Positions 51,771-64,000 of a stretch of DNA of 64,000 nt are shown piece after piece. The notes below the pieces were generated by a model that was not told where the DNA came from, made no database searches, and was given only the letters and a program-made list of their open reading frames with translations. Origin of the DNA: Octopus sinensis. Its lineage: Eukaryota. Location: the NCBI RefSeq assembly GCF_006345805.1, contig NC_043007.1, positions 20,088,001 to 20,152,000 on the forward strand, written 5' to 3'. Both the position numbers and the translations under genes were made by a program. Every line of letters begins with the position of its first letter. Within the stretch, counting starts at the first letter, position 1.

Positions 51771-53559
51771 AGCCGCCACTGAGTGGGACTGAACCCAAAA
51801 CCACATGGTTGCAAAACAAGTTTCTTAACCACACAGCTATACTTGTACCAATGCAGCTAATCATTTGTAGTCCAGTTCTATTATGTTTGCCTTACATCCT
51901 TCTGGTAGGAGATAAATACCAGAGATGTACTGCGGTTGATTAGATTCCGCTTTTTTTTTTTCTGGTAAAAGATACAGGTGTAACTGTATGGCAAGAAGTT
52001 TGCTTCCCAGCCATATGGTTTCAGGTTCAGTCCCATTGCATGGCACCTTGAGTGTCTGCTACTATATAGCCTTGTGTTGGCCAAAGCCTTGTGAGTGGAT
52101 TTGGTACACGGAAACTGAAAGAAGCTTGTCATATGTACGTATGTATGTGCGTATGTAAGGCGGTGAGCTGGCTGAAGTGTTAGCACCCCGGGCGAAATGC
52201 GTAGCCATATTTCGTCTGCTGTTACGTTCTGAGTTCAAATTTCGCCGAGGTCAACTTTGCCTTTCATCCTTTTGGGGTCAATAAAATTAAGTACCAGTTA
52301 CGCACTGGGTCGATATAATTGATTTAATCCGTTTGTCTGTCCTTGTTTGTCCCCTCTGTGTTTAGCCCCTTGTGGGCAATAAAGAAACATGTATGTATGT
52401 ATGTATGTACGTACGTGCATGTGTATGTGTGTATGTATGTATGTATGTATGTATGTTTTATGTATGTATGTATGTATGTATATATATATATGTGTGTATA
52501 TATATGTGTGTGTATATATATGTGTGTGTATTTGTTCTCCGCTACACCTCTTGACAACTGATGTTGATGTGCTTATGTCCCTGTAACTTAGCAGTTCATC
52601 AAAAGAGACTAATAGAATACAAAAAAGTCCTGGGGTCGATTCATTCAACTAAGAATTCTTCAGTGCAGTGCTCCAGCATGGCCACAGTCTAATGATAGAA
52701 ACAAGTAAAAGATAAAAGGCCAGCAACTTTGGGAGAATGAGAAGTTGATTATGTCAAGTGCAAAATGATGAAAGGCAGGGCCAACCCACTAGAGTAGCTA
52801 GGGCAAGGCCGTAGGGGCAGTCCATCCCAAGTGACACTTTTAAAAGGGCACCACTTTTGGGTTTGCTGTATGCAATATGTGGGGTCCAGGGGTGGAAAAC
52901 AGAAGGACCACCCCAGGTGACATACACTCTAGCTACGCTATTGGGTCAACCTCAGTGGAATTTGAACTCAGAATGAAACGAAGTGTTTTGCTCATGAACA
53001 CAACGTGTCGCCTGGTCTAGGAATTGAAACCACAATCTTATGATCATGAGTCCAACACCCTAACCACTAAGCCATGTGCCTCCACGGAAAGATTAGTCCA
53101 TCATAGGGTTACCTATTAACAGCTGAGTGGACTGCGGCAGCATGAAATGAAGTGTTTTGCTCAAGGATGCAACGTGTCACCCGGTCCAGGAATTGAAACC
53201 ACAATCTTATGATCATGAGTCCAACACTCTAACCACTAAGCCATGTGCCTTCACTGGAAGATTAGTCCATCATAGGGTTACCTATTGACAGCTGAGTGGA
53301 CTGTGGCAGCATGAAACAGTGTTTCGACTAATCCAGGAATTGAAACCACAATATTACGATCATGAGTCCAACAGCCTGAATAGATGTTGCTAAGCATTTT
53401 CGTCTGGAATGGTATGATTCTGCCAAGCTTGCCACTCTGCTGATCTTAGTTATATTGACTGTACGTTTCCCAATGATAAAAATAGATAATGAAACTGATG
53501 AGTGATTAAATGGAAAATAAATAGAACAGGTTCAATGTACTGTTATACACAAGTAGTGT

Positions 53560-53940
53560 GGAGGCGCAATGGCCCAGTGGTTAGGGCAGTGGACTCGCGG
53601 TCTTAAGATCGCGGTTTCGATTCCCAGACCGGGCGTTGTGTTTATTGAGCGAAAACACCTAAAAGCTCCACGAGGCTCCGGCAGGGGATGGTGGTGATCC
53701 CTGCTGTACTCTTTCACCACAACTTGCTCTCACTCTTACTTCCTGTTTCTGTTGTACCTGTATTTCAAAGGGCCGGCCTTGTCACTCTCTGTGTCACGCT
53801 GAATATCCCCGAGAACTTCGTTAAGGGTACACGTGTCTGTGGAGTGCTCAACCACTTATGCATTAATCTCACGAGCAGGCTGTTCCGTTGATTCGGATCA
53901 ACCAGAACCCTTGTCGTCGTAAGCGACAGAGTGCTTCCAT
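53560..53940 (+). mobile_element. tRNA-derived SINE with RTE-like tail
   Basis: A/B boxes; tail ends ...GAACCCTTGTCGTCGTAAGCGAC. Confidence 0.8.
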
Positions 53941-55547
53941 ACACAAGTAGTAATAGTTATTTCTTTATTGCTCACAGGGGGCTAAACATAGAGGGGACAA
54001 ACAAGGACAGACAAAGGGATTAAGTTGATTACATCGACCCCTGTGCTTAACTGGTACTTATTCAATCGACCCTGAAAGGATGAAAGGCAAAGTCGACCTC
54101 GGCGGAATTTGAACTCAGAACGTAACGGTGTTTTGCTCAAGAATGCAACGTGTCGCCCGGTCTAGGAATTGAAACCACAATCTTATGATCATGAGTCCAA
54201 CACCCTAACCACTAAGCCATTTGCCTCCACTGGAAGATCAGTCCATAATAGGATTACCTATTAACAGCTGAGTGGACTGTGGCAGCATGAAATGAAATGT
54301 TTTGCTCAAGAACACAACATGTAACCAGTCTGGAAACCAAAACCACAACTTCACAATTGTAAGTGCAATGCATCTCACCAAATAGGCCAGGCACCTTCAG
54401 AGTAATAATATAACACAAATAAAAATGGTGTGACTGAATTAAAAACTTCAGTATGATCACACTCCATCTTATCTTTTCAACTTTGCTCTCACCTGATGCA
54501 GTTTTTAATCAAATACGAGTTTAAATTATCAAAATAATTTTACTGAATTTCCTTTATTGCTGTGACTGAAATTTATTGTTCTGGACTATATAACCCCGGG
54601 GTGGGTGGGGGGGGGGGGTGTAACAGTTGTCTACAAAGTGCAGTATTGATAGCATTGAGGCTAGATACAGGTGTTAGATACAGGTATTACAGCTGGTGTC
54701 CATAATAAGGAAGACTTTTGCACTATAATGGAGGTATGATCCTTTTATTCTTTTATTTGTTTCAGTCATTTGACTGTGGCCATGCTGGAGCACTGCCTTT
54801 TAGTTGAAGAAATTGACTGCAGGACTTATTCTTTGTAAGCCCAGTACTTATTCTATCTTTCTAAGCCTAGTACTTATTCTATCTGTTCCTTTTGCTAAAC
54901 CGCTAAGTTACAGGGATGTAAATACACCAACATCGGTTGTCAAGCGATGGTGGGGGGACAAACAGACACACAAACATATATATCATCATCATCATCATCA
55001 TCATCATCATCGTTTAACGTCCGTTTTCCATGCTGGCATGGGTTGGGTGGTTTGACTGAGGATTGGTAAGCCAGTAGACTGCACCAAGCTCCAATCGGAT
55101 CTGGCAGTGTTTCTACAGCTGGTTGCCCTTCCTAACACCAACCACTCTGATAGTGTAGTGGGTGCTTTGTACATACTACTGCCATGGCAGCCAGTCACAC
55201 AGTATTGGCATCGACCACATTCGGATGGCACTTTTTACATGTCAGTGGCACAGGAACCAGTCGGTGGGCATTGGTATTGACCACATTCAGATGCTGCTTT
55301 TTACATGCCACCGGCACAGGAAGCCAGTCAGGCAGCACTGGCATTGACCACAACTATGATTTCAATTTTGATTTTATTTGACTCAGTAGGTCTTCTCAAG
55401 CGCAGCATATCACCCGATGATTCAAGGGTACTTTTAAATGGGCTGGTTATGCAACACTGGTATCGGCCATGGCTGTGAACTCACTTTACTTGCTGGGTCA
55501 TTGGCCATGATTCGATATATATATATATACAATAGGCTTCTTTCAGT

Positions 55548-55955
55548 TTCTTATTTCTTTATGGCCCGCAAGAGGCTAAACATAGAGGGGACAAACAAGG
55601 ACAGACAAAGGGGTTAAGTCGATTACATTGGCCCCAGTGCGTAACGGGTACTTATTTAATTGACCCCGAAAGGCAAAGTCGACCTTGGCGGAATTTGAAC
55701 TCAGAACGTAGCGGCAGATGAAATACCTATTTCTTTACTACCCACAAGGGGCTACACACAGAGGGGACATACAAGGACATACAAATGGATTAAGTTGATT
55801 ATATCAACCCAGTACGTAACTGGTACTTATTTAATCGACCCTGAAAGTATGAAAGGCAAAGTAGACCTCGGTGGAATTTGAACTCAGAACCTAACGGCAG
55901 ATGAGATACTGCTTAGCATTTCACCTGGCGTGCTAACGTTTCTGCCAGCTCACCA
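55548..55955 (-). mobile_element. SINE family B dimer
   Basis: Standard junction; inverted relative to 56258-56672. Confidence 0.85.
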
Positions 55956-56257
55956 CTTTTTAGTTTCTACCAAATCCACTCACAAGGCTTTGATTGGCCT
56001 GAGGCTATATAGTAGCAGACACTCAAGGTGCCATACAGTGGGACTGAACCCAGAACCATGTGGTTGGGAAGCAAGCTTCTTACCACACAGCTACGCCTGT
56101 GCCTTACGCATATAAAAAAGATAATAAAAGGATGCTATGAAGGGGGGAAATAATTGAAGCAATGGCTAGTGGAAGAGGAAAACTGAGGAAGATGTGGACC
56201 TCATGAAAAAGATGACCAGTAACAACAGAAAGTGGGTAAGATGACCTATTGAATAAG

Positions 56258-56672
56258 GTGGTGAGCTGGCAGAATCGTTAGCACGCCGGGCGAAATACTT
56301 AGCTGTATTTTGTCTGCCATTATGTTCTGAGTTCAAATTTCGCCGAGGTCGACTTCACCTTTCATCCTTTCGGGGTCTATAAATTAAGTACCAGTTACAC
56401 ACTAGGGTCGATGTAATCGACTTATTCCGTTTGTCTGTCCTTGTTTGTTCCCTCTGTGTTTAGCCCCTTGTGGGCTGTAAAGAAATAGGTATTTCGTCTG
56501 CCGTTAGGTTCTGAGTTCAAATTCTGCCGAAGTCAACTTTGCCTTTCATCCTTTCGGGGTCGATAAATTAAGTACCAGTTATGCACTGGGGTCGATGTAA
56601 TCGACTTAATCCGTTTGTCTGTCCTTGTTTGTCCCCTCTATGTTTAGCCCCTTGTGGGCAATAAAGAAATAA
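56258..56672 (+). mobile_element. SINE family B dimer
   Basis: Head plus two complete units. Confidence 0.88.
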
Positions 56673-57285
56673 GACGACTTATGCTGGAACAGAACTATCA
56701 AACCTCACCATGGGTGCAAAATGATTTTGATGATGACAATGATGATGACGATGATGGTGATGATGATGAGGAGGAGGAGGAGGAGGACGACGACGACGAC
56801 TACAATGGTGGTGGTTGGGATAGAATGAAAGAATGAAAAAGGCATAAAATGGAACAATTCTGCTGAAAGAGCTGCGCAAGAGGCCGTGACACGTTTGAGC
56901 TGAGAGCCAGAGGCCGGAACTGTTGAAAGCTAAAAGAATAATTTAGGCAAATAACATTAATTTTAGAGAAGATATGGGAGACAGGGAGCTATCGCATTGG
57001 CAGTTTAAAACATTCGATCTTCTTGTTACAAGATAGATAAATAAATGAATGAATAAAATTAATGATTAATTACTGATAACCTTGTTAATAACGTCCCTGA
57101 TTATCTCCAGATTATGTCTTGCTACTGATAATATTCAAAGCATTGTTATTTCTTTCTCATACACAATGAATATACTTCATGATAAAAATCAAAGTTTATT
57201 TCTAAGTCTTTGTTAAATAGTTTAAATGAGTTACAAATTTCAATATTTTCATCTCATGGTGACCCCTTTTTTTTAAAAAAAAATC

Positions 57286-59598
57286 GTTCACATTACTACA
57301 GATAGATTGAGTAAGGATTGTTGTTTCTCTGTCCAGTTTTTAGGGATCAAATACTTACCTATGATCAGAGATATTGCAGCCCTCACATATGTTCACATTA
57401 CTACAGATAGATTGAGTAAGGATTGTTGTTTCTCTGTCCAGTTTTTAAGGGTCAAATACTTACCTATGATCAGAGATATTCCAGCCCTCACATATGTTCA
57501 CATTACTACAGATAGATTGAGTAAGGATTGTTGTTTCTCTGTCCAGTTTTTAGGGATCAAATACTTACCTATGATCAGAGATATTGCAGCCCTCACATAT
57601 TTTCACATTACTACAGATAGATTGAGTAAGGATTGTTGTTTCTCTGTCCAGTTTTTAAGGGTCAAATACTTACCTATGATCAGAGATATTCCAGCCCTCA
57701 CATATTTTCACATTACTACAGATAGATTGAGTAAGGATTGTTGTTTCTCTGACCAGTTTTTAAGGGTCAAATACTTACCTATGATCAGAGATATTCCAGC
57801 CCTCACATATATTCACATTACTACAGATAGATTGAGTAAGGATTGTTGTTTCTCTGTCCAGTTTTTAGGGATCAAATACTTACCTATGATCAGAGATATT
57901 CCAGCCCTCACATATATTCACATTACTACAGATAGATTGAGTAAGGATTGTTGTTTCTCTGTCCAGTTTTTAAGGGTCAAATACTTACCTATGATCAGAG
58001 ATATTCCAGCCCTCACATATATTCACATTACTACAGATAGATTGAGTAAGGATTGTTGTTTCTCTGTCCAGTTTTTAGGGATCAAATACTTACCTATGAT
58101 CAGAGATATTGCAGCCCTCACATATGTTCACATTACTACAGATAGATTGAGTAAGGATTGTTGTTTCTCTGTCCAGTTTTTAAGGGTCAAATACTTACCT
58201 ATGATCAGAGATATTCCAGCCCTCACATATGTTCACATTACTACAGATAGATTGAGTAAGGATTGTTGTTTCTCTGACCAGTTTTTAAGGGTCAAATACT
58301 TACCTATGATCAGAGATATTCCAGCCCTCACATATATTCACATTACTACAGATAGATTGAGTAAGGATTGTTGTTTCTCTGTCCAGTTTTTAGGGATCAA
58401 ATACTTACCTATGATCAGAGATATTCCAGCCCTCACATATATTCACATTACTACAGATAGATTGAGTAAGGATTGTTGTTTCTCTGTCCAGTTTTTAAGG
58501 GTCAAATAGTTACCTATGATCAGAGATATTCCAGCCCTCACATATATTCACATTACTACAGATAGATTGAGTAAGGATTGTTGTTTCTCTGTCCAGTTTT
58601 TAAGGGTCAAATACTTACCTATGATCAGAGATATTCCAGCCCTCACATATGTTCACATTACTACAGATAGATTGAGTAAGGATTGTTGTTTCTCTGTCCA
58701 GTTTTTAAGGGTCAAATACTTACCTATGATCAGAGATATTCCAGCCCTCACATATATTCACATTACTACAGATAGATTGAGTAAGGATTGTTGTTTCTCT
58801 GACCAGTTTTTAAGGGTCAAATACTTACCTATGATCAGAGATATTCCAGCCCTCACATATGTTCACATTACTACAGATAGATTGAGTAAGGATTGTTGTT
58901 TCTCTGTCCAGTTTTTAAGGGTCAAATACTTACCTATGATCAGAGATATTCCAGCCCTCACATATATTCACATTACTACAGATAGATTGAGTAAGGATTG
59001 TTGTTTCTCTGTCCAGTTTTTAAGGGTCAAATACTTACCTATGATCAGAGATATTCCAGCCCTCACATATATTCACATTACTACAGATAGATTGAGTAAG
59101 GATTGTTGTTTCTCTGACCGTTTTTAAGGGTCAAATACTTACCTATGATCAGAGATATTCCAGCCCTCACATATATTCACATTACTACAGATAGATTGAG
59201 TAAGGATTGTTGTTTCTCTGACCAGTTTTTAAGGGTCAAATAGTTACCTATGATCAGAGATATTCCAGCCCTCACATATATTCACATTACTACAGATAGA
59301 TTGAGTAAGGATTGTTGTTTCTCTGACCAGTTTTTAAGGGTCAAATACTTACCTATGATCAGAGATATTCCAGCCCTCACATATATTCACATTACTACAT
59401 TACTACAGATAGATGAGTAAGGATTGTTGTTTTCTGACCAGTTTTTAAGGGTCAAATACTTACCTATGATCAGAGATATTCCAGCCCTCACATATATTCA
59501 CATTACTACAGATAGATTGAGTAAGGATTGTTGTTTCTCTGTCCAGTTTTTAGGGGTCAAATACTTACCTATGATCAGAGATATTCCAGCCCTCACAT
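57286..59598. repeat. 105-bp tandem satellite, ~22 copies
   Basis: Highly homogeneous units. Source of the 400-aa and 203-aa repeat ORFs. Confidence 0.97.
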
Positions 59599-59889
59599 TT
59601 CCTCTTTCTTTTGTGAGGTGAAACTGTTAGCACCTTTTATCATCTACCTCTTATTTGTTTCGCTCATTGAACTGTGGCCATGCTGGGGCAACGCTTTGAA
59701 GAGCTTTAGTCAATTGAATCGAGTCCAGTATTTTTTTTTTAAAGCCTGGTACTTATTCTCTGTTTCTTTTGCTGAATGTATAAGTCACAGGGATGTAAAC
59801 AAACAAACACCAGTTGTCAAGTGGTTTTGGAGGACAAACACAAACCCAAAGACACACATATGCACTTACTACATTTCTCCCTCCCTCCT

Positions 59890-59940
<51 letters not shown>

Positions 59941-60532
59941 GACAAGCTTCTTTCAGTTTCCATCTACCAAGTCTACTAACAAGGTTTTTGTCAGCCTGGG
60001 ACTATAACAGAAGATATTTTCCCAAGGTGCCATGGAGTGGGAGTGAACCCAGATCCATATGGTTTGGAAGCAGACTTCTTATTTCTTTATTACCCACAAA
60101 GGGCTAAACATAGAGGCGACAAACAAGGAGAGACAAAGGGATTAAGTTGATTACATCAACCCCAGTGCATAACTAGTACTTAATTTATCAACCCCGAAAA
60201 GATGAAAGACAATTCTGCCAGCTCACCATGGTAATCATCATCATCATCATCGTTTAACGTCCGTTTTTCGCACTAGCACGGGTTGGACGGTTCGACCGGG
60301 GTCTGGGAAGCCAGGGGCTGCACCAGGCTCCAGTCTGGTCTGGCAGTGTTTCTACAGCTGAATGCCCTTCCTAACGCCAACCACTCCGCGAGTGTAGAGG
60401 GTGCATTTTACGTGCCAGCGGCACAGGTGCCAGGGCAGTCTGGCATTGGCCATGATCGGTTGGTGCTTTTAACGTGCCACCGGCACGGAAGCCAGTCAAG
60501 GCGGCGCTGGCATAATAATAATAATAATAATG

Positions 60533-60568
<36 letters not shown>

Positions 60569-60781
60569 TAATAATAATAACCAGAATCCTTGTCCGGTAC
60601 CGGATCAGTCTCAAAATTTAATCAGTTTGTGCCAGTCACGGGGCCAAACATCCTTGAAAGTTTCATCAGAATCCATCCAGTGGTTCTTGAAATATCTTGT
60701 CCATGGACAAACAAACAAACACAACTGAAAGCAATACCTCTGCCTTCACTAAGGTGGAGGTAATAATAATAATAATAATAA

Positions 60782-61118
60782 TAGGGGAGCATCATAGCCA
60801 TGTGTTGAGAGGAATTCTTTGGGGTTTGGATAATTCACCTTTGGAAACATGGGTGTTTCGTTCAACATTCTTAAACAACCCTTACTCAGGGACCTTTTGA
60901 GCAGGATGGGTTACTCGACCAGAAGAAAATTCTAACTGGGCCCCACCTACAAGGCCATGCGCTGTTTATCTTGATATGAGATAACCATGTCGTGCACATA
61001 TGGTTGTGATGCATGTGCCTGGTGTACCCTTATCAGACAGGTAGTCATGATGGGTATACTGGGCTTCGTATATTTTACCCCAGTGTCACTTTGATGGCAT
61101 GAACTGCTCTCTCACTCA
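60782..61118 (+). mobile_element. Interspersed element embedded in (AAT)n, possibly a Dong/R4-related end
   Basis: Non-SINE sequence flanked on both sides by (AAT)n. Family assignment is inference only. Confidence 0.35.
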
Positions 61119-61326
61119 ATAATAATAATAATAATAATAATAATAATTCTTTCTAGTAAAGGCATATGGCCTGAAATTTGGAAGAGGGATAAGTTGATTA
61201 CATCGACCCCAGTACTCAACAGGTATTTAATTTATCAACTCCAAATTTGAACTCAGAACATATAGATGGATGAAATACTGTTAAGCATTTTGCCCGGCAT
61301 GGTAACAATTCTGCCAGCTTGAGGCC

Positions 61327-61387
<61 letters not shown>

Positions 61388-61689
61388 TAATAATAAGCCT
61401 TTCTACTAATTTTGTTTGTGCCAATCATGAGGCACAAATTGTCTTTCATCCTTTCGGGGTCGATAAATTAAGTACCAGTTATGCACTGGGGTTGATGTAA
61501 TCGACTTAATCCCTTTGTTTGTCCTTGTTTGCCGCCTCTATGTTTAGCCCCTTGTGGGTAATAAAGAAATAAGAAGTCTGCTTCCAAACCATATGGATCT
61601 GGGTTCACTCCCACTCCATGGCACCTTGGGAAAATATCTTCTGTTATAGTCCCAGGCTAACAAAAGCCTTGTGAGTAGACTTGGTAGCT

Positions 61690-62345
61690 GGAAATTTTGG
61701 GGGAGGGGACTAGTTGATTACATTAACCCATGTGTTTCACTGGTACTTAATTTATTGACCCTGGAAGGATGAAAGGTGAAGTCGACCTTGGCAGAATTTG
61801 AACTCAGAATGTAATGACAGACAAAATACCTATTTCTTTATTACCCACAAGGGGCTAAACATAGAGGGGACAAACAAGGACAGACATAGGTATTAAGTCG
61901 ATTACATTGACCCCAGTGCGTAACTGGTACTTAATTTATCGACCCCGAAAGGATGAAAGGCAAAGTCGACCTCGGCGGAATTTGAACTCACAACGTAACG
62001 ACAGACGAAATACCGCGAAGCATTTCGCCCAGCGTGCTAACGTTTCTGCCAGCTCGCCACCCTTTTTGTAGAGAAATACCTATTTCTTTACTACCCACAA
62101 GGGGCTAAACACAGAGGGGACAAACAAGGACAGACAAAGGGATTAAGTCGATTATATCGACCCCAGTGCGTAACTGGTACTTAATTTATCGACCTCGAAA
62201 GGATGAAAGGCAAAGTCGACCTAGGCGGAATTTGAACTCAGAACGTAACGGTAGACGAAATACGGCAAAGCATTTCGCCCGGCGTGCTAACGTTTCTGCC
62301 AGTTCGCATTTACCACTAAGCATTTTGCCTGGTGTGCTAACATTT
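61690..62345 (-). mobile_element. SINE family B cluster
   Basis: Several heads and bodies in tandem. Further copies at ~13690-13870, 52155-52390, 53955-54125, 61150-61575, 63050-63470. Confidence 0.85.
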
Positions 62346-63595
62346 CTACCAGCTTGTCTCCCTAATAATAATAATAATATAATAATAATAATAATAATAA
62401 CAATAGCAATAATAATAATAATGATAATAATAATAATGGTGATCCTTTCTGCTAATAGCACAAGGTCTGAAATTCTGGGGGAAAGGTCATTTTGATTACA
62501 TCACAGTGCTAGAGTTTGACTCGTACTTAATTTATCAACCTTACCCCCTCCCCACAAATTTCAGGCCTTATGCTGATAATAGGAGGGATTATTACGCAAC
62601 TCTTTGAATTAATGTAGGTAGGTGTTAGCATCTTCTGCCTGGCCATTCGAAGACAACTTCCTTTCTGGCCCAATTCTGAGCTCTTAAACATGGCCTTCAG
62701 TCCAGCAGCAGAAACGTCCACTAGTAAAATTTACCTTCTCGAGTCATGCTGACTCATGAGAGCTAGTTTCGCGGTGGTCCCCTGGTGTATATATTACCCA
62801 CCTGGACGGGATGCCGGTCTGTCACAAGATTACTCATTTTTGCCAGCTGAGTGGACTGGAGCAACATGAAATGAAGTGTTTTGCTCAAGAACACAACGTG
62901 TCACCTGGTCCAGGAATTGAAACCACAATCTTATGATCATGAGTCCAACACCCTAACCATTAAGCCACAAACCTCCACTGACCAGTATGGACTTGCTAGG
63001 TTAAGTCAGTGGGCTTGCTGGGTTGCAATCCCACAGACTTGTCCTTGTTTCTATTTCTTTATTGCCCACAAGGGGCCATACATAGCGGGGACAAACAAGG
63101 ACAGACAAAGGGATTAAGTCGATTAGATCGCCCCCTCCCCAGTGCATAACTGTACTTAATTTATCAACCCCGAAAGGATGAAAGGCAAAGTCAACCTCGG
63201 CAGAATGTGAACTCAGAACGTAAAGGCAGACGAAATACCTATTTCTTTATTACCTACAAGGGGCTAAACATAGAGGGGACAAACAAGGACAGACAAACGG
63301 ATTAAGTTGATTAGATCGACCCCAGTGCGGAACTGGTACTTATTTAATCGACCCCGAAAGGATGAAAGGCAAAGTCGACTTTGGCGGAATTTGAGCTCAG
63401 AACGTAGTGGCAGATGAAATACCGCTAAGCATTTCACCCGGCATTCTAACCATTCTGCAAGCTCGCCACAGACTTCTCCTGGCCAATGCATGCTCTCATA
63501 TATTCCAGGTACTTTTTAGGGTGTCATCTCCTTCCAGATCCCTAGTGTCCATCATCATCCCCTTCTAAATCTTAAATGTCCATCACTAAGACCCA

Positions 63596-63730
63596 AAATA
63601 CAAATATTTAGGGATAAATGAAGGCTCTGGTATTCAGCATGCAAGCATGAAAGAGAGGATCAGGAAGGAATGTTATAGGAGAGTTCGTGCAGTCCTGAAA
63701 TCTGAACTAAATGCACGTAACAAGGTATGA
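63596..63730 (+). pseudogene. R4/Dong-like reverse transcriptase fragment
   Basis: KYKYLGINEGSGIQHASMKERIRKECYRRVRAVLKSELNARNKV*: RT domain 7 YKYLG plus the R4-clade-like following segment. Confidence 0.6.
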
Positions 63731-64000
63731 AGGCATGGCTTTCCTGTGACCCAATTCAAACACAATACCCTTCAGAATCTCCTGAGGGAGCTGCTTAGTG
63801 TTACCATTTTTGGAACAAAGCCTTTTCGATAGCAAAACCCAGCTGATAACAATAACTGATTATAACAATAAGTATAGCTGTTAACATTAAGATAACGTTA
63901 AGCAATAGATATAACAATATCTGGACTTTTGATTCTAAAAGAAGCTGATAACTTTTAATTCATTTTAAATAAAAAAATTTGGGACCAACTAAGTTTGATA

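Noticed and set aside
57307-59127. 400-aa and 203-aa repeat ORFs
   Set aside because: A by-product of a 105-bp unit (a multiple of 3) with one stop-free frame; no unique N- or C-terminal domain and no recognisable family.
57286-59598. CRISPR-like array, or U1 snRNA copies (ATACTTACCT)
   Set aside because: Units are contiguous with no unique spacers and no cas genes. The U1 match is only the first 10 nt, with no U1 stem-loops or Sm site.

Overview
Eukaryotic, AT-rich, repeat-dense genomic DNA. The SINE repertoire looks like a coleoid cephalopod, probably Octopus (inference; no database search was run). One intact protein-coding gene is supported: a three-exon sphingosine-1-phosphate phosphatase (SGPP1/2 family, PAP2 superfamily) on the minus strand. 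Its exons are 48417-47704, 8784-8695 and 6945-6361, giving 462 aa, with a 38.9-kb intron 1 and a 1.75-kb intron 2. The rest is mostly four abundant SINE-type families (here called A-D), MITEs of several superfamilies, one dead Tc1, LINE fragments, solo-LTR candidates, three tandem arrays and microsatellites. Nearly all other ORFs in the supplied track are repeat or microsatellite artefacts. The most unusual observation is a tRNA-headed SINE carrying a complete minimal hammerhead ribozyme, inserted with a Penelope-like inverted duplication (38935-39355); a second hammerhead relic lies at about 44240. Also notable: SINE-B concatemers with an invariant junction at 10 or more loci, a near-perfect palindrome with 113-bp arms in intron 2, and a LINE-like remnant preceded by ~300-bp tandem monomers. 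SINE boundaries are approximate (about +/-15 nt), and only representative SINE copies are listed.
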